NCBI GenBank assembly: GCA_964362665.1
Contig: CAYIFB010000005.1
Location: 2,556 to 66,555 of the forward strand
Direction of reading: 5' to 3'
Source of the DNA: an uncultured Gammaproteobacteria bacterium
Lineage (GTDB): Bacteria > Patescibacteriota > Microgenomatia > 2-02-FULL-39-11
Length of the DNA: 64,000 nt
Shown: piece after piece, positions 20,259 to 29,432 of the stretch
How the letters are laid out: the number at the start of each line of letters is the position of its first letter
Position numbering within the stretch: position 1 is the stretch's first letter
Notes under the pieces: model-generated
What the model saw: the letters and a program-made list of their open reading frames with translations, nothing else
Databases searched by the model: none
Told to the model about the DNA's origin: nothing
Made by a program: the position numbers and the translations under genes

Positions 20259-21110
20259 ATGACAAGGAAGGTACGTGAAGGTTTCGACTCAAAAAGAAAA
20301 ACAGTCATTATACTCTCAATAAGTAGTGATATTGGTAAAGATTTAGGCAGAAGATTCCTCCGGGATGGCGTTAACCTCATTGGTACTTATAGAAAATACG
20401 GTGAAATGGATGATCTTGATAAAAACACCAAATGCCGTTTACTCAAATGCGATATCTCACAAAAAAAGAGTATAAATAATTTTTTACAGCAATTTAAAAA
20501 ACTCAAATTAAAATGGGATATTATCCTGTCCTGTGTCGGTGATCTCCTGCCTCTGAATAGTTTTTTTGAATGCAATTTCGAAGGTTGGCAATCCTCGATG
20601 CAGGTTAATTCCATCGACCAACTGCGTGTTATACATGGACTTTACCCATATAGAAATACAAAAGGCGCAAAAGTGATATTTTTTGCCGGGGGAGGAGTAA
20701 ATAACGCAGTGGTTGATGCTTCTGCTTATACCGCAGCAAAAATAATGTTGATTAAGATGTGTGAGTTTTTGGATGCTGAAAATAAAGACATAAGTTTTTT
20801 TTCAATCGGACCCGGTTTTCTTAAAACCAAAATTCACAGTGTCGTATATCTGGATAAAAACGTCTCGAGAAAAAAAGTTATTGAAACGGATAATTTTATC
20901 AAGACAAAAAAAGAGGTAAAAATGGCATACCTTTATGAAAGTTTAAAGTGGTTATGCCAGCAGCCTAAAGAAGTGGTTGGCGGCCGAAATTTTTCGCTGA
21001 AAGGCGATCCGTTCAGCGGAAAAAATCGTAATTTATTGGCGGCGGAACTTATTAAAGATAAGGCTATGTATAAGTTGAGAAGACATAAAAATGATTTTCT
21101 GAGAATCTAG
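20259..21110 (+). CDS. short-chain dehydrogenase/reductase-like protein
   Basis: Rossmann-like 'VIILSISSDIGKDLG'. 'YTAAKIM' fits the YxxxK pattern. The start position is uncertain. Confidence 0.45.
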   Translation: MTRKVREGFDSKRKTVIILSISSDIGKDLGRRFLRDGVNLIGTYRKYGEMDDLDKNTKCRLLKCDISQKKSINNFLQQFKKLKLKWDIILSCVGDLLPLNSFFECNFEGWQSSMQVNSIDQLRVIHGLYPYRNTKGAKVIFFAGGGVNNAVVDASAYTAAKIMLIKMCEFLDAENKDISFFSIGPGFLKTKIHSVVYLDKNVSRKKVIETDNFIKTKKEVKMAYLYESLKWLCQQPKEVVGGRNFSLKGDPFSGKNRNLLAAELIKDKAMYKLRRHKNDFLRI

Positions 21111-21118
21111 TTACTGAT

Positions 21119-22126
21119 ATGAAAACAAAAGCTGCAATTTTATTTAAAACCGGGGAACCACTTCGTATCGAAGAGATCGAAATCCCCAAGTTAAGGCCGG
21201 GCCAAGTGTTAGTTCGAATGCTAGTGAGCGGGATATGCAGGGCGCAGTTAAATGAAGTTCGGGGATGGAAAGGCGAAGATAAATATCTTCCTCATTTATT
21301 AGGCCACGAAGGAGCAGGAGTCGTGGAGGAAACTGGTACCGGCGTCAGCAAAGTTAAACAGGGGGATTATGTTGTCACGTCATGGATAAAGGGGAAAGGA
21401 CTTGATGGAGGGGGAGCTCAATATAAATTAGGTAAAATTACCGTTAATTCCGGTTCAATAACCACTTTCGGAAGTAGAAGCGTCATCTCGGAAAACCGTC
21501 TGGTAAAAGTGCCTTCTCAAGTCCCGCCGCACATCGCTGCTCTTCTTGGTTGTGCGGTGCCAACCGGAGCCGGGATTATTTTCCACACTTTAAATGTTAA
21601 GAAAGGTTCATCAATTGCGATTTTTGGAATAGGTGGAGTAGGAGCAAGTGCAATTTTGGCGGCAAAAATGAGAGGCTGTAAAGTCATTTTAGCTGTCGAT
21701 ATATCAGAGGAAAAATTACAATTTGCCAGATTGCTTGGAGCTACGGATGTTTCATTATTTGATAACCTGAAGCCTCTATCTGTAGATTATAGTATTGAGG
21801 CAAGCGGTAATAAAAAGGCAATGGAAAAAGCCATTGAAGCAGTTTGCGATCATGGACAGGTGGTAATTGCAGGAAATTTAAAAAGGGGTGAAAAAATCAG
21901 CCTTGATCCATTTGAACTTATAAAGGGTAAAAAGATTATGGGCACCTGGGGAGGGGAGACAGACATTGACCGCGATATCCCGTTCTACGCAGAAGCTTAT
22001 CTTGAGGGTAAAATGAAGATTGATGGATTATTCTCTAAAAGAATTAAACTCCAAAAAGTTAATGAAGAATTAGACATAATGGAGAAAAATCAATTATTGG
22101 GAAGGGTTGTGATTGATTTTAAATAA
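21119..22126 (+). CDS. zinc-dependent alcohol dehydrogenase (MDR family)
   Basis: 'GHEGAGVVEETG' zinc-ADH signature. 'GIGGVGASAI' NAD(P)-binding glycine motif. Confidence 0.8.
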   Translation: MKTKAAILFKTGEPLRIEEIEIPKLRPGQVLVRMLVSGICRAQLNEVRGWKGEDKYLPHLLGHEGAGVVEETGTGVSKVKQGDYVVTSWIKGKGLDGGGAQYKLGKITVNSGSITTFGSRSVISENRLVKVPSQVPPHIAALLGCAVPTGAGIIFHTLNVKKGSSIAIFGIGGVGASAILAAKMRGCKVILAVDISEEKLQFARLLGATDVSLFDNLKPLSVDYSIEASGNKKAMEKAIEAVCDHGQVVIAGNLKRGEKISLDPFELIKGKKIMGTWGGETDIDRDIPFYAEAYLEGKMKIDGLFSKRIKLQKVNEELDIMEKNQLLGRVVIDFK

Positions 22127-22165
22127 ACATGGAGTTCATATAATTAATCAAGTCTTTCTCACGCA

Positions 22166-22240
22166 GGGCCTGCCGCTCGTCACCCTATTGCTGTGCCGGG
22201 TTAAACGTCACATCAACAGGGTACCTGACTCGCGTCACCC
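22166..22240 (+). repeat. family A GC-rich repeat, copy 1
   Basis: Starts gggcctgccgctcgtcaccc and ends cctgactcgcgtcaccc. Contains the gggttaaacg core shared with copy 2. Confidence 0.6.
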
Positions 22241-22256
22241 GCTTGCTGTATGACTT

Positions 22257-23246
22257 ATGTTAACTAAAACAGTAGTTATCGGAAGTAATTCTTTCTCAGG
22301 AAGTGATTTTATTGATCTAATCCTCGAAAAAAAACTTTTTAATGTTATCGGCATAAGCCGTTCGCCGGAAAAGAGTGAAATCTTTCTTCCTTATAAAAGA
22401 CACGGGGTTTCCCGGTTTAAGTTTTTTCAAATGGATCTTAATCAAGATCTCAAAAAAATATGCAGATTACTGGATGATTTCAAACCCCAATATGTAGTTA
22501 ATTTTGCAGCCCAAAGTGAAGTTGCTCCTTCCTGGGAACATCCCGAGCATTGGTTTCAGACAAATACCGTGGCTTTGGCCGGTCTTATCAACTATTTAAG
22601 GTCAGCCGATTATTTGAAAAGATACTTGCATATTTCCAGTCCTGAAGTTTACGGCAGTTGTGAGGGAACTGTGACAGAGAAAGCGCCGCTCAATCCAAGT
22701 ACGCCCTACGCAGCTTCCAAAGCTGCTGCCGATCTGCTACTTCTGACATTCGTCAAAAATTTTAATTTTCCTCTTATTACGATCCGCTCAACAAACGTTT
22801 ACGGAGCTCACCAACAACTTTTTAAAATTATTCCCCGGTCGATCATTAATATCCGTAAGGGAATAAAAATTCATCTTCACGGGGGAGGCAAAGCCGTAAA
22901 GTCTTACATTCATATTCGGGATATTTCCCGGGGAGAACTTCTGGCTTTACAAAAAGGAAAAATCGGCGAGATTTACCATTTATCACCCGAGAGGGGAATC
23001 AGCGTTAAAAATGCAGTTAAATTAATCTGCGATAAAATGAAAGTGGATTTTGCCAAAGCCACGATTTCAGTTGGCGAAAGGCTAGGGCAGGACAGAGCCT
23101 ACGTCATTGATTCCTCTAAAATACGCCGCCTCGGTTGGAGCGAGCAGGTATCTTTAGATCAGGGTCTTAAAGATGCAATATCCTGGATTGATAAAAATTG
23201 GAAGGTGATTAAAAAGATGCCCTCAGATTATAAACATAGACCCTAA
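22257..23246 (+). CDS. NDP-hexose 4,6-dehydratase (CDP/dTDP-glucose 4,6-dehydratase family, extended SDR)
   Basis: 'VIGSNSFSGSDF' Rossmann motif, 'NFAAQSEV', 'SSPEVYG', 'YAASKAAAD' (YxxxK). Confidence 0.65.
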   Translation: MLTKTVVIGSNSFSGSDFIDLILEKKLFNVIGISRSPEKSEIFLPYKRHGVSRFKFFQMDLNQDLKKICRLLDDFKPQYVVNFAAQSEVAPSWEHPEHWFQTNTVALAGLINYLRSADYLKRYLHISSPEVYGSCEGTVTEKAPLNPSTPYAASKAAADLLLLTFVKNFNFPLITIRSTNVYGAHQQLFKIIPRSIINIRKGIKIHLHGGGKAVKSYIHIRDISRGELLALQKGKIGEIYHLSPERGISVKNAVKLICDKMKVDFAKATISVGERLGQDRAYVIDSSKIRRLGWSEQVSLDQGLKDAISWIDKNWKVIKKMPSDYKHRP

Positions 23247-23250
23247 AGAA

Positions 23251-23757
23251 ATGGCCTATTTAGCACTAAATCTATTTATTTTCATTATTTGTGGTATTTT
23301 ACATATTATAATTCACCGCTTTTTCGCCAAAAGAGGGATTTTGACTCTCAAAACTGCTTTAATATTTTTACCCGGATTATTTATTAGTATATATATTTCA
23401 GGTGTTTTACCCCGATCAGAAATCTGGTGGAATGTGTCGATTCCTTATTCAGGGGTGATTTTTTATATTCTGATGGTCGGTATACTTATCATATTTTATA
23501 CTACGCCATCTTTTTCAAGCATCAGCCCGTCAACCATGATCTTAAGACTGCTGAAAAAAAATGGGAAGATGTCATTCCGGAAATTAAAGGGATATTTTTC
23601 TGATGAGTCACTGATCGTCTTTCGATTGAAAGATCTTCTTCGGGACGGACTGATCTTTTTGAAAAAGGATAAATTCAGGGTAACCCCAAAGGGCAACAGG
23701 ATAATAAAAGTGATTGATATTTATAGAAAGATATTCGGCTGGAGGACAGGCGGATAA
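23251..23757 (+). CDS. small membrane protein with C-terminal winged-helix-like domain (paralog 1)
   Basis: Three to four N-terminal TM helices. C-terminal 'MSFRKLKGYFSDESLIVFRLKDLLRDGLIFLKKDKFRVTPKGNRII' looks like a winged helix-turn-helix. Confidence 0.4.
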   Translation: MAYLALNLFIFIICGILHIIIHRFFAKRGILTLKTALIFLPGLFISIYISGVLPRSEIWWNVSIPYSGVIFYILMVGILIIFYTTPSFSSISPSTMILRLLKKNGKMSFRKLKGYFSDESLIVFRLKDLLRDGLIFLKKDKFRVTPKGNRIIKVIDIYRKIFGWRTGG

Positions 23758-24257
23758 TGGATAATTTTATCATTATAAATACTTTAATCTCTATAACGGC
23801 CTACTTTATCTTACATATAATTATTCTGCGGAAAATTAATCAGAATGATATTTTTAAATGGCTGGTCTATGTCTATCTTCTGGCGGGATTTTTTCCTTTT
23901 CTTATCGGGTGGTGGGGAGGATTCATTTTCGGGTCACTAATCTCATGGATGTTTTATACTTTATTGGTTTTAATTTATGTGTTGGCTATACTTGGGGTTA
24001 TGGAGTCGTCAATAAGAATAAGACTATTAAAAGAGATTTACGATGCCAAAGACCACGGAATTGATCTGAAGCAAATATTAAAAAAATATAATAAAGATGT
24101 TATATTACACAAAAGACTGCAAAGATTTTTGTCTGCAGGAGAAATAAGCTTTTGTGAGGGAAAATATCAGCTGGAAAAAAAGTTTACGGCTTATACATTA
24201 CCGGATTTTGCAATCAGGATGATTTGGAAGTTATATACTTCTCAAACTAAAGTTTGA
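23757..24257 (+). CDS. small membrane protein with C-terminal winged-helix-like domain (paralog 2)
   Basis: Same architecture: TM helices, then 'IRIRLLKEIYDAKDHGIDLKQILKKY...RLQRFLSAGEISFCEGKYQL'. Start overlaps the previous stop. Confidence 0.4.
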   Translation: MDNFIIINTLISITAYFILHIIILRKINQNDIFKWLVYVYLLAGFFPFLIGWWGGFIFGSLISWMFYTLLVLIYVLAILGVMESSIRIRLLKEIYDAKDHGIDLKQILKKYNKDVILHKRLQRFLSAGEISFCEGKYQLEKKFTAYTLPDFAIRMIWKLYTSQTKV

Positions 24258-24976
24258 ATCAGTATAAATACAGGAGAAAAACTATGAACAATAAAGGCGT
24301 CAGCATCATTATCCCGGCTTATGATGAAGAGAAGAATATCCAGTCGGCAATTAAAAGCGCAGACAAGGCGGTGAGAGGCATATGTTCGAAATATGAGATT
24401 TTAGTCATTAATGATGGCAGTCATGATAGAACATGCCAAAAAGCAGAACTTGAAACCAAATCAAATAAATCGGTCAGAGTGATAAATTTAGTTCGTCACG
24501 AAGGTTATGGAGTGGCCATTAAAAAAGGTATAGAAGAAGCCAAAATGGAATATTTGACAGTTTTTCCGGGAGATAATGATATGGATTTAAATTCTCTCTC
24601 TGACCTTCTCAAAGCCATGGGGAGCGAGGATTTAGTCATTTCATATCTCGGTAAAAGCGATACGAGGAGGCTTTGGAGACGCATAGCATCCCTCACCTAT
24701 ATCGCGCTTCTTAGTACGCTTTTTAAACTGAAACTTGAGTACTATAACGGGCCGTTTATCTGCAGGAGCAAACTATTAAAAAATCTCCGTTTAATCTCAA
24801 CCGGCTTTACCGTTTGTGCAGAATTGAAAATAAGACTCATAAAAAAAGGATTTTCTTATAAAGAGATCCCCTTTGTGCACATAGGCCGGTTGTACGGAAA
24901 ATCTAAAGCTTTAACATTCCGATCCATAGCAAATGCATTGATTGTAACTTTAATAATGTGGAAAGATATTAAATAA
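24254..24976 (+). CDS. GT2 family glycosyltransferase (DPM1/GtrB-like polyprenyl-phosphate sugar synthase)
   Basis: 'VSIIIPAYDEEKNI', 'VINDGSHDRT', 'HEGYGVAIKKG', 'FPGDND'. Confidence 0.75.
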   Translation: MNQYKYRRKTMNNKGVSIIIPAYDEEKNIQSAIKSADKAVRGICSKYEILVINDGSHDRTCQKAELETKSNKSVRVINLVRHEGYGVAIKKGIEEAKMEYLTVFPGDNDMDLNSLSDLLKAMGSEDLVISYLGKSDTRRLWRRIASLTYIALLSTLFKLKLEYYNGPFICRSKLLKNLRLISTGFTVCAELKIRLIKKGFSYKEIPFVHIGRLYGKSKALTFRSIANALIVTLIMWKDIK

Positions 24977-25965
24977 TGAGAACTCTTGTGACAGGGGGAG
25001 CGGGCTTCATCGGCAGTCATTTGGTGGAAAGATTGCTTGCGGCCTGTCATGAAGTGGTGGTTTTAGATGATCTTTCAACCGGAAGGCTTGATAACTTAAC
25101 TTCGGTTAAAAACAATTCTTTATTAAAAATCCGGAAAATAAATATAACTGATCCGAAGATTGATTTAGACAACTATTTTAAGGGGGTTGATTTTGTATTT
25201 CATCTGGCCGCCCGAGCGGACGTGGTGCCTTCGATCGAAAAGCCTTTTGAGTATCACAATGTGAATGTGAACGGTACCGTGAAAGTTCTGGAAGCCGCGC
25301 GGCATGCAGGCGTAAAAAAATTCATATATACCGCTTCATCTTCATGTTATGGAATTCCAGAGAGCTATCCAACGAATGAATCAGCTAAAATTGATCCCCG
25401 ATACCCTTATGCATTGACAAAATTCCTGGCTGAACAATATGTGCTGCATTGGGGGAAGATTTATAAACTGCCGGTTGTCAGCCTTCGTTTATTCAATGTC
25501 TTTGGTCCGCGTAGCCGAACTAGCGGCACATATGGCGCAGTTTTTGGCGTATTTTTGGCTCAAAAGCTGGCAGGCAAGCCGTTTACGGTGGTGGGTGACG
25601 GAAGACAGAGCCGGGATTTTACTTATGTATCTGACACGGTAGACGCATTGGTTACAGCGGCGCAGTCACAATTAGCTGGTGAGATTTTCAATGTGGGATC
25701 GGGAAAACCACAAAGCGTTAACAGACTGGTGGGATTAATTGGCGGATCTGTAATTTATATTCCGAAGCGTCCCGGAGAGCCTGATTGCACCTGGGCTGAT
25801 ATTTCTAAAATTAAAAAAAAGCTTGAATGGCGCCCAAAAGTCAGTTTTGAGAAAGGGGTTGAAATACTTCTTCAACACATTGATTACTGGAAAAAAGCAC
25901 CCGTCTGGACACCGCGATCAATTGAGAAATCAACCAAGGAATGGTTTAAATATATGAGTGTCTAA
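24976..25965 (+). CDS. NAD-dependent nucleotide-sugar epimerase/dehydratase (GalE/WbpP-like)
   Basis: 'TGGAGFIGSHLVERLL', 'YALTK' catalytic YxxxK, 'DGRQSRDFTYVSD'. Confidence 0.8.
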   Translation: MRTLVTGGAGFIGSHLVERLLAACHEVVVLDDLSTGRLDNLTSVKNNSLLKIRKINITDPKIDLDNYFKGVDFVFHLAARADVVPSIEKPFEYHNVNVNGTVKVLEAARHAGVKKFIYTASSSCYGIPESYPTNESAKIDPRYPYALTKFLAEQYVLHWGKIYKLPVVSLRLFNVFGPRSRTSGTYGAVFGVFLAQKLAGKPFTVVGDGRQSRDFTYVSDTVDALVTAAQSQLAGEIFNVGSGKPQSVNRLVGLIGGSVIYIPKRPGEPDCTWADISKIKKKLEWRPKVSFEKGVEILLQHIDYWKKAPVWTPRSIEKSTKEWFKYMSV

Positions 25966-25973
25966 TATGACTA

Positions 25974-26106
25974 GAGTTTCGCGTTATTATATAGTTATTC
26001 CCAGAGGGTCCTGCCGCTCGTCACCCTGCTGTTGCGTCGGGTTAAACGCCGACAACAGCATGGCACCTGACTCGCGTCACCCACTCGATTTCTGTTAACG
26101 CGAGAC
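25974..26106 (+). repeat. family A repeat copy 2 with flanking terminal inverted repeats (MITE-like, fills the intergenic region)
   Basis: Core gggtcctgccgctcgtcaccc...cctgactcgcgtcaccc (26006-26082). Flanked by gagtttcgcgtta (25974-25986) and taacgcgagact (26095-26106), which are inverted repeats. Confidence 0.7.
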
Positions 26107-26113
26107 TTGTGAA

Positions 26114-27733
26114 ATGATAAAAAAAAGATTATTGATACTTTTTATCGGCCTTATCAGTCTTTCAGTGCTGGAATTTCAGTATTTTAATTTGTCTTTCCAC
26201 ACTCCGCCGGATTCAATCTATCTGGGTACCGTGCATTATCCTCCTGACTATTTTTCATACCTGTCATATATTGTTCAGGGAAAAGATCATCTTCTTTCCT
26301 CGACTGCGCTTTATAATTCCGAAAAAACACCCCTAGTTTTAGTCAGATGGCAGTTTGTCCTGTGGGGTAAAATATTATCCTTTTTTCCATTAAATACGGG
26401 TCAAATGTATCAAATAGGCGTGATAATTTTTACCATTGGTTTCATGATCAGCGCATATTTATTAATTTCACTCTTACTGGCAAAATACGAAGAGAAATTG
26501 CTGGCGTTCGTATTTTTTGTCAGCTCGACTGCCTGGCCAATAATAACGGTTATTGAAGGTAAACTAAGTTTTTCATACCACTCTTACTGGTATAATACGG
26601 GAGATTTCTTTACCCGTTTTAGTCCGACTCCAAACCATCTTTTGGGAAGTATACTTCTAATTTCAGGTTTTATTCTGATTTTACGCTGGTGCCGGAATAT
26701 TGATTCCAAAAGGAAAATATCACGCTTCATCAATAATATTGCTTTTACTTTTATCGGACTTACTTTAGCCAGTTTGTCACCGATGCATTGGATTCTATAT
26801 TTGGGTAGTTTGACAGGACTGATGGTGATTTTATCCATGCGGGAACTCATCATAGATAAAAAGCCTGTTTTGTATATACTCAAATATCTTCAACCTATTT
26901 TATTTTCGCTGGCCGGAGGACTTCCTGCGATACTATATATCCTCTCAGTCTATAAAACGTTTCCTTACAACATCGGTAATTCATGGGAGGCTATAAATCA
27001 GGTATTTATGGATTTTCCGAATCTTTTTTACGGAAGCGGATTGGTACTGCTTTTTGCGGCAGGAGGATGCTATTCATATTTTCGGCATAAATTTTTTACA
27101 CCTGAAAAACTGGTCACTTTATTTTTTATCGCGATCAGCCTGATCTTTTTTTTCACTGATCTGCCATGGAAACTGGGAACCTCAAATGTCAGGTACTGGC
27201 CTGAAGGAATATATGTTTTTCTCGCGGTTTTAGCCTCCCATGGGGTATTTTTTCTTGCAGGAATGGCAAAAAGAGCAAAGCGTTTAGTACTTTTTGTTTT
27301 TATTTTATTATATTTTGTGACAACCGTACCATCCATTTTCGCCGGGATTAAAGAAAGGTCGGATGTCGTCATAAGTAATACTAATTACCTCCCTCTTAGC
27401 ATTTACGAAATTTATGAATTTTCCTCAAAGACAATAAAAAGACCGAGCGTTTTTCTTATTCCCTGGCCCTTTGATAATTCATTTCCTGCTTTCACCGGCC
27501 AAAAATCCTTTACCGGCCATCCGCTTTCTCAGATGACTATTGACGCAGATAAGAAATATGCTCTTTCTGCACAGTTTTTTAGCGGGACGCTCGATGAAGA
27601 AAAAGCCCGCGCGATTTTGCTACAAAACGGAATTCAATATGTCTTATTGCCTTACAGGTCAGCAATTGCAAAATACAGCTTTCTCAAAAATCTGTACAGC
27701 CGCGGAGATGCAGCTGTTTTTGAGGTGAAGTAA
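26114..27733 (+). CDS. GT-C-like polytopic membrane protein, divergent fifth member of the paralog family
   Basis: 'LGTVHYPPDYFSYLSYIVQGKDH' parallels the 'HN..D(Y/F)..YLS...G' loop motif of the other four paralogs. Multi-TM. Confidence 0.5.
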   Translation: MIKKRLLILFIGLISLSVLEFQYFNLSFHTPPDSIYLGTVHYPPDYFSYLSYIVQGKDHLLSSTALYNSEKTPLVLVRWQFVLWGKILSFFPLNTGQMYQIGVIIFTIGFMISAYLLISLLLAKYEEKLLAFVFFVSSTAWPIITVIEGKLSFSYHSYWYNTGDFFTRFSPTPNHLLGSILLISGFILILRWCRNIDSKRKISRFINNIAFTFIGLTLASLSPMHWILYLGSLTGLMVILSMRELIIDKKPVLYILKYLQPILFSLAGGLPAILYILSVYKTFPYNIGNSWEAINQVFMDFPNLFYGSGLVLLFAAGGCYSYFRHKFFTPEKLVTLFFIAISLIFFFTDLPWKLGTSNVRYWPEGIYVFLAVLASHGVFFLAGMAKRAKRLVLFVFILLYFVTTVPSIFAGIKERSDVVISNTNYLPLSIYEIYEFSSKTIKRPSVFLIPWPFDNSFPAFTGQKSFTGHPLSQMTIDADKKYALSAQFFSGTLDEEKARAILLQNGIQYVLLPYRSAIAKYSFLKNLYSRGDAAVFEVK

Positions 27734-27816
27734 CCGGCTCAATTGATTTATTTTCCTGCATTTATTAAGATACATAAGTTAAATATTCCCTTTACAAAAG
27801 TAAAACTATCTTTTAC

Positions 27817-29343
27817 ATGCAAAAACAAGTCAAACTTTCAGAGCTCATAAAGATAATAAATATAGCCAGATCAGAAGGTAAAAAGATTGTTCAGTGCCAC
27901 GGAGTCTTTGATTTACTTCATCCGGGTCACATCAGGCATTTTGCCAGCGCTAAAAAATACGGTGATATTCTTATAGTGACTATAACCGCTGATAAATTTG
28001 TGAAAAAAGGCCCCGGAAGACCGGTTTTTAATGAGAATTTGAGAGCAGAATCTCTGGCTGCAATAGAATATATCGATTATATTGTCATTGTCTCCTCTGA
28101 CTCCAGTAAAGACAGTATTTTAAAGATAAAACCGGACTTTTATATTAAAGGCCCGGATTATAAAAAAAGAAAAATCAGTCCTTACATCTCCCAAAAACTG
28201 GTGGCGGAAGAAAAAGCAGTTGTCGAGTCAGGAGGCAAATTAATTATAACCGAGGATCAGGTGGTGTTCAGCTCTTCCAAACTGATCAATGAGTATCTGG
28301 AAGTTTATCCGGCTACTACAAAGAAATATCTGGACAGCTTAAAATTGAAATATACGCAGGATTATCTCTTGGAGAAATTAGATCTTATAAGAAACATCAA
28401 GGTGTTGATAATAGGTGATGCAATCATCGATCAGTATAATTTCTGCGCTCCCATAGGTAAATCTTCTAAAGAGCCGGTAATCGTGCATAAATTCATCTCT
28501 TCCGAGTCGTATTTGGGAGGAGTTTTGGCAACAGCTAATCATACCTCTTCTGTCTGTAATGAGGTGGGTCTCGTCACTCTTTTGGGAAAGAAAAAATCAT
28601 ATGAAAAATTTATCAGGAAGCATCTGAAAAATAATATCTCGGAAAAATTTTTTTTCCGGTCAGACTCAAGCACAATTATTAAGTCCAGATTTATCGATGG
28701 AGTTCTTTATCAAAAACTATTTCAGGTGAGTTTCATGAAGGATGAGATTATCAGTGATGACTTATCTCAAAAAATAAGCCAATATCTTCGCTCTGAAATC
28801 AAAAAATACGATATGGTTATCGTCAATGATTATGGACACGGAATGTTGACCAAAAGGATAATCCAAACAATCTGTCACAATGCAAAATATCTGGCGCTGA
28901 ATGTTCAGGCCAATAGCGCAAATTATGGATTCAACGTCATCACTAAATACCCGAGGGCTGATTTTATCTGTATTGACGATCAGGAATTAAGACTTGCCGC
29001 CCAGGACAGATATTCTGACCTGATTAAACTTATCAACAAGATTTATAAGAAAATGAAGTGTCAGGATATGATAGTTACCAAAGGATCGCAGGGATCAATC
29101 AGTCTATCGAGCGATAAAAAAATTATTGAAACTCCGGCCTTGAACCAAAAAATCGTGGATCGGGTGGGAGCGGGAGATGCGTTTTTTGCCATATCTGCGC
29201 CCTGCGCTTATTCAGGTATGGACAAGGATTTAGTCTCATTCATGGGGAATGTTGCCGGGGGATTAAAAGTCCAGACGATCGGCAACAGAAAGCAAATCGA
29301 TTTCACCGAGATGATCAAATTTATTACCAGCTTATTGAAATAA
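27817..29343 (+). CDS. bifunctional heptose-1-phosphate nucleotidyltransferase / sugar kinase, HldE-like but with the domain order swapped (nucleotidyltransferase N-terminal, pfkB kinase C-terminal)
   Basis: N-terminus 'IVQCHGVFDLLHPGHIRHFASAKKYGDILIVTITAD...GPGRPVFNE...LAAIEYIDYIVIV...IKGPDY' matches the HldE domain-II cytidylyltransferase fold (HxGH). C-terminus 'VLIIGDAIIDQY' and 'DRVGAGDAFFA' are pfkB/ribokinase signatures (HldE domain I). Confidence 0.7.
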   Translation: MQKQVKLSELIKIINIARSEGKKIVQCHGVFDLLHPGHIRHFASAKKYGDILIVTITADKFVKKGPGRPVFNENLRAESLAAIEYIDYIVIVSSDSSKDSILKIKPDFYIKGPDYKKRKISPYISQKLVAEEKAVVESGGKLIITEDQVVFSSSKLINEYLEVYPATTKKYLDSLKLKYTQDYLLEKLDLIRNIKVLIIGDAIIDQYNFCAPIGKSSKEPVIVHKFISSESYLGGVLATANHTSSVCNEVGLVTLLGKKKSYEKFIRKHLKNNISEKFFFRSDSSTIIKSRFIDGVLYQKLFQVSFMKDEIISDDLSQKISQYLRSEIKKYDMVIVNDYGHGMLTKRIIQTICHNAKYLALNVQANSANYGFNVITKYPRADFICIDDQELRLAAQDRYSDLIKLINKIYKKMKCQDMIVTKGSQGSISLSSDKKIIETPALNQKIVDRVGAGDAFFAISAPCAYSGMDKDLVSFMGNVAGGLKVQTIGNRKQIDFTEMIKFITSLLK

Positions 29344-29345
29344 AT

Positions 29346-29432
29346 ATATACCCTTCTTGCTCGATCCCGAGCTATAACGAGGGATAGTCTAGAAGGGTTT
29401 ATACTGATTCCAAATTGCAGTAAAAGAAGTAT
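29346..29432 (-). repeat. family C repeat copy 3 (inverted), overlapping the start codon of 29431
   Basis: Reverse complement reads atacttcttttactgcaatttggaatcagtataaacccttctagactatccctcgttatagctcgggatcgagcaagaagggtata. Confidence 0.65.
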
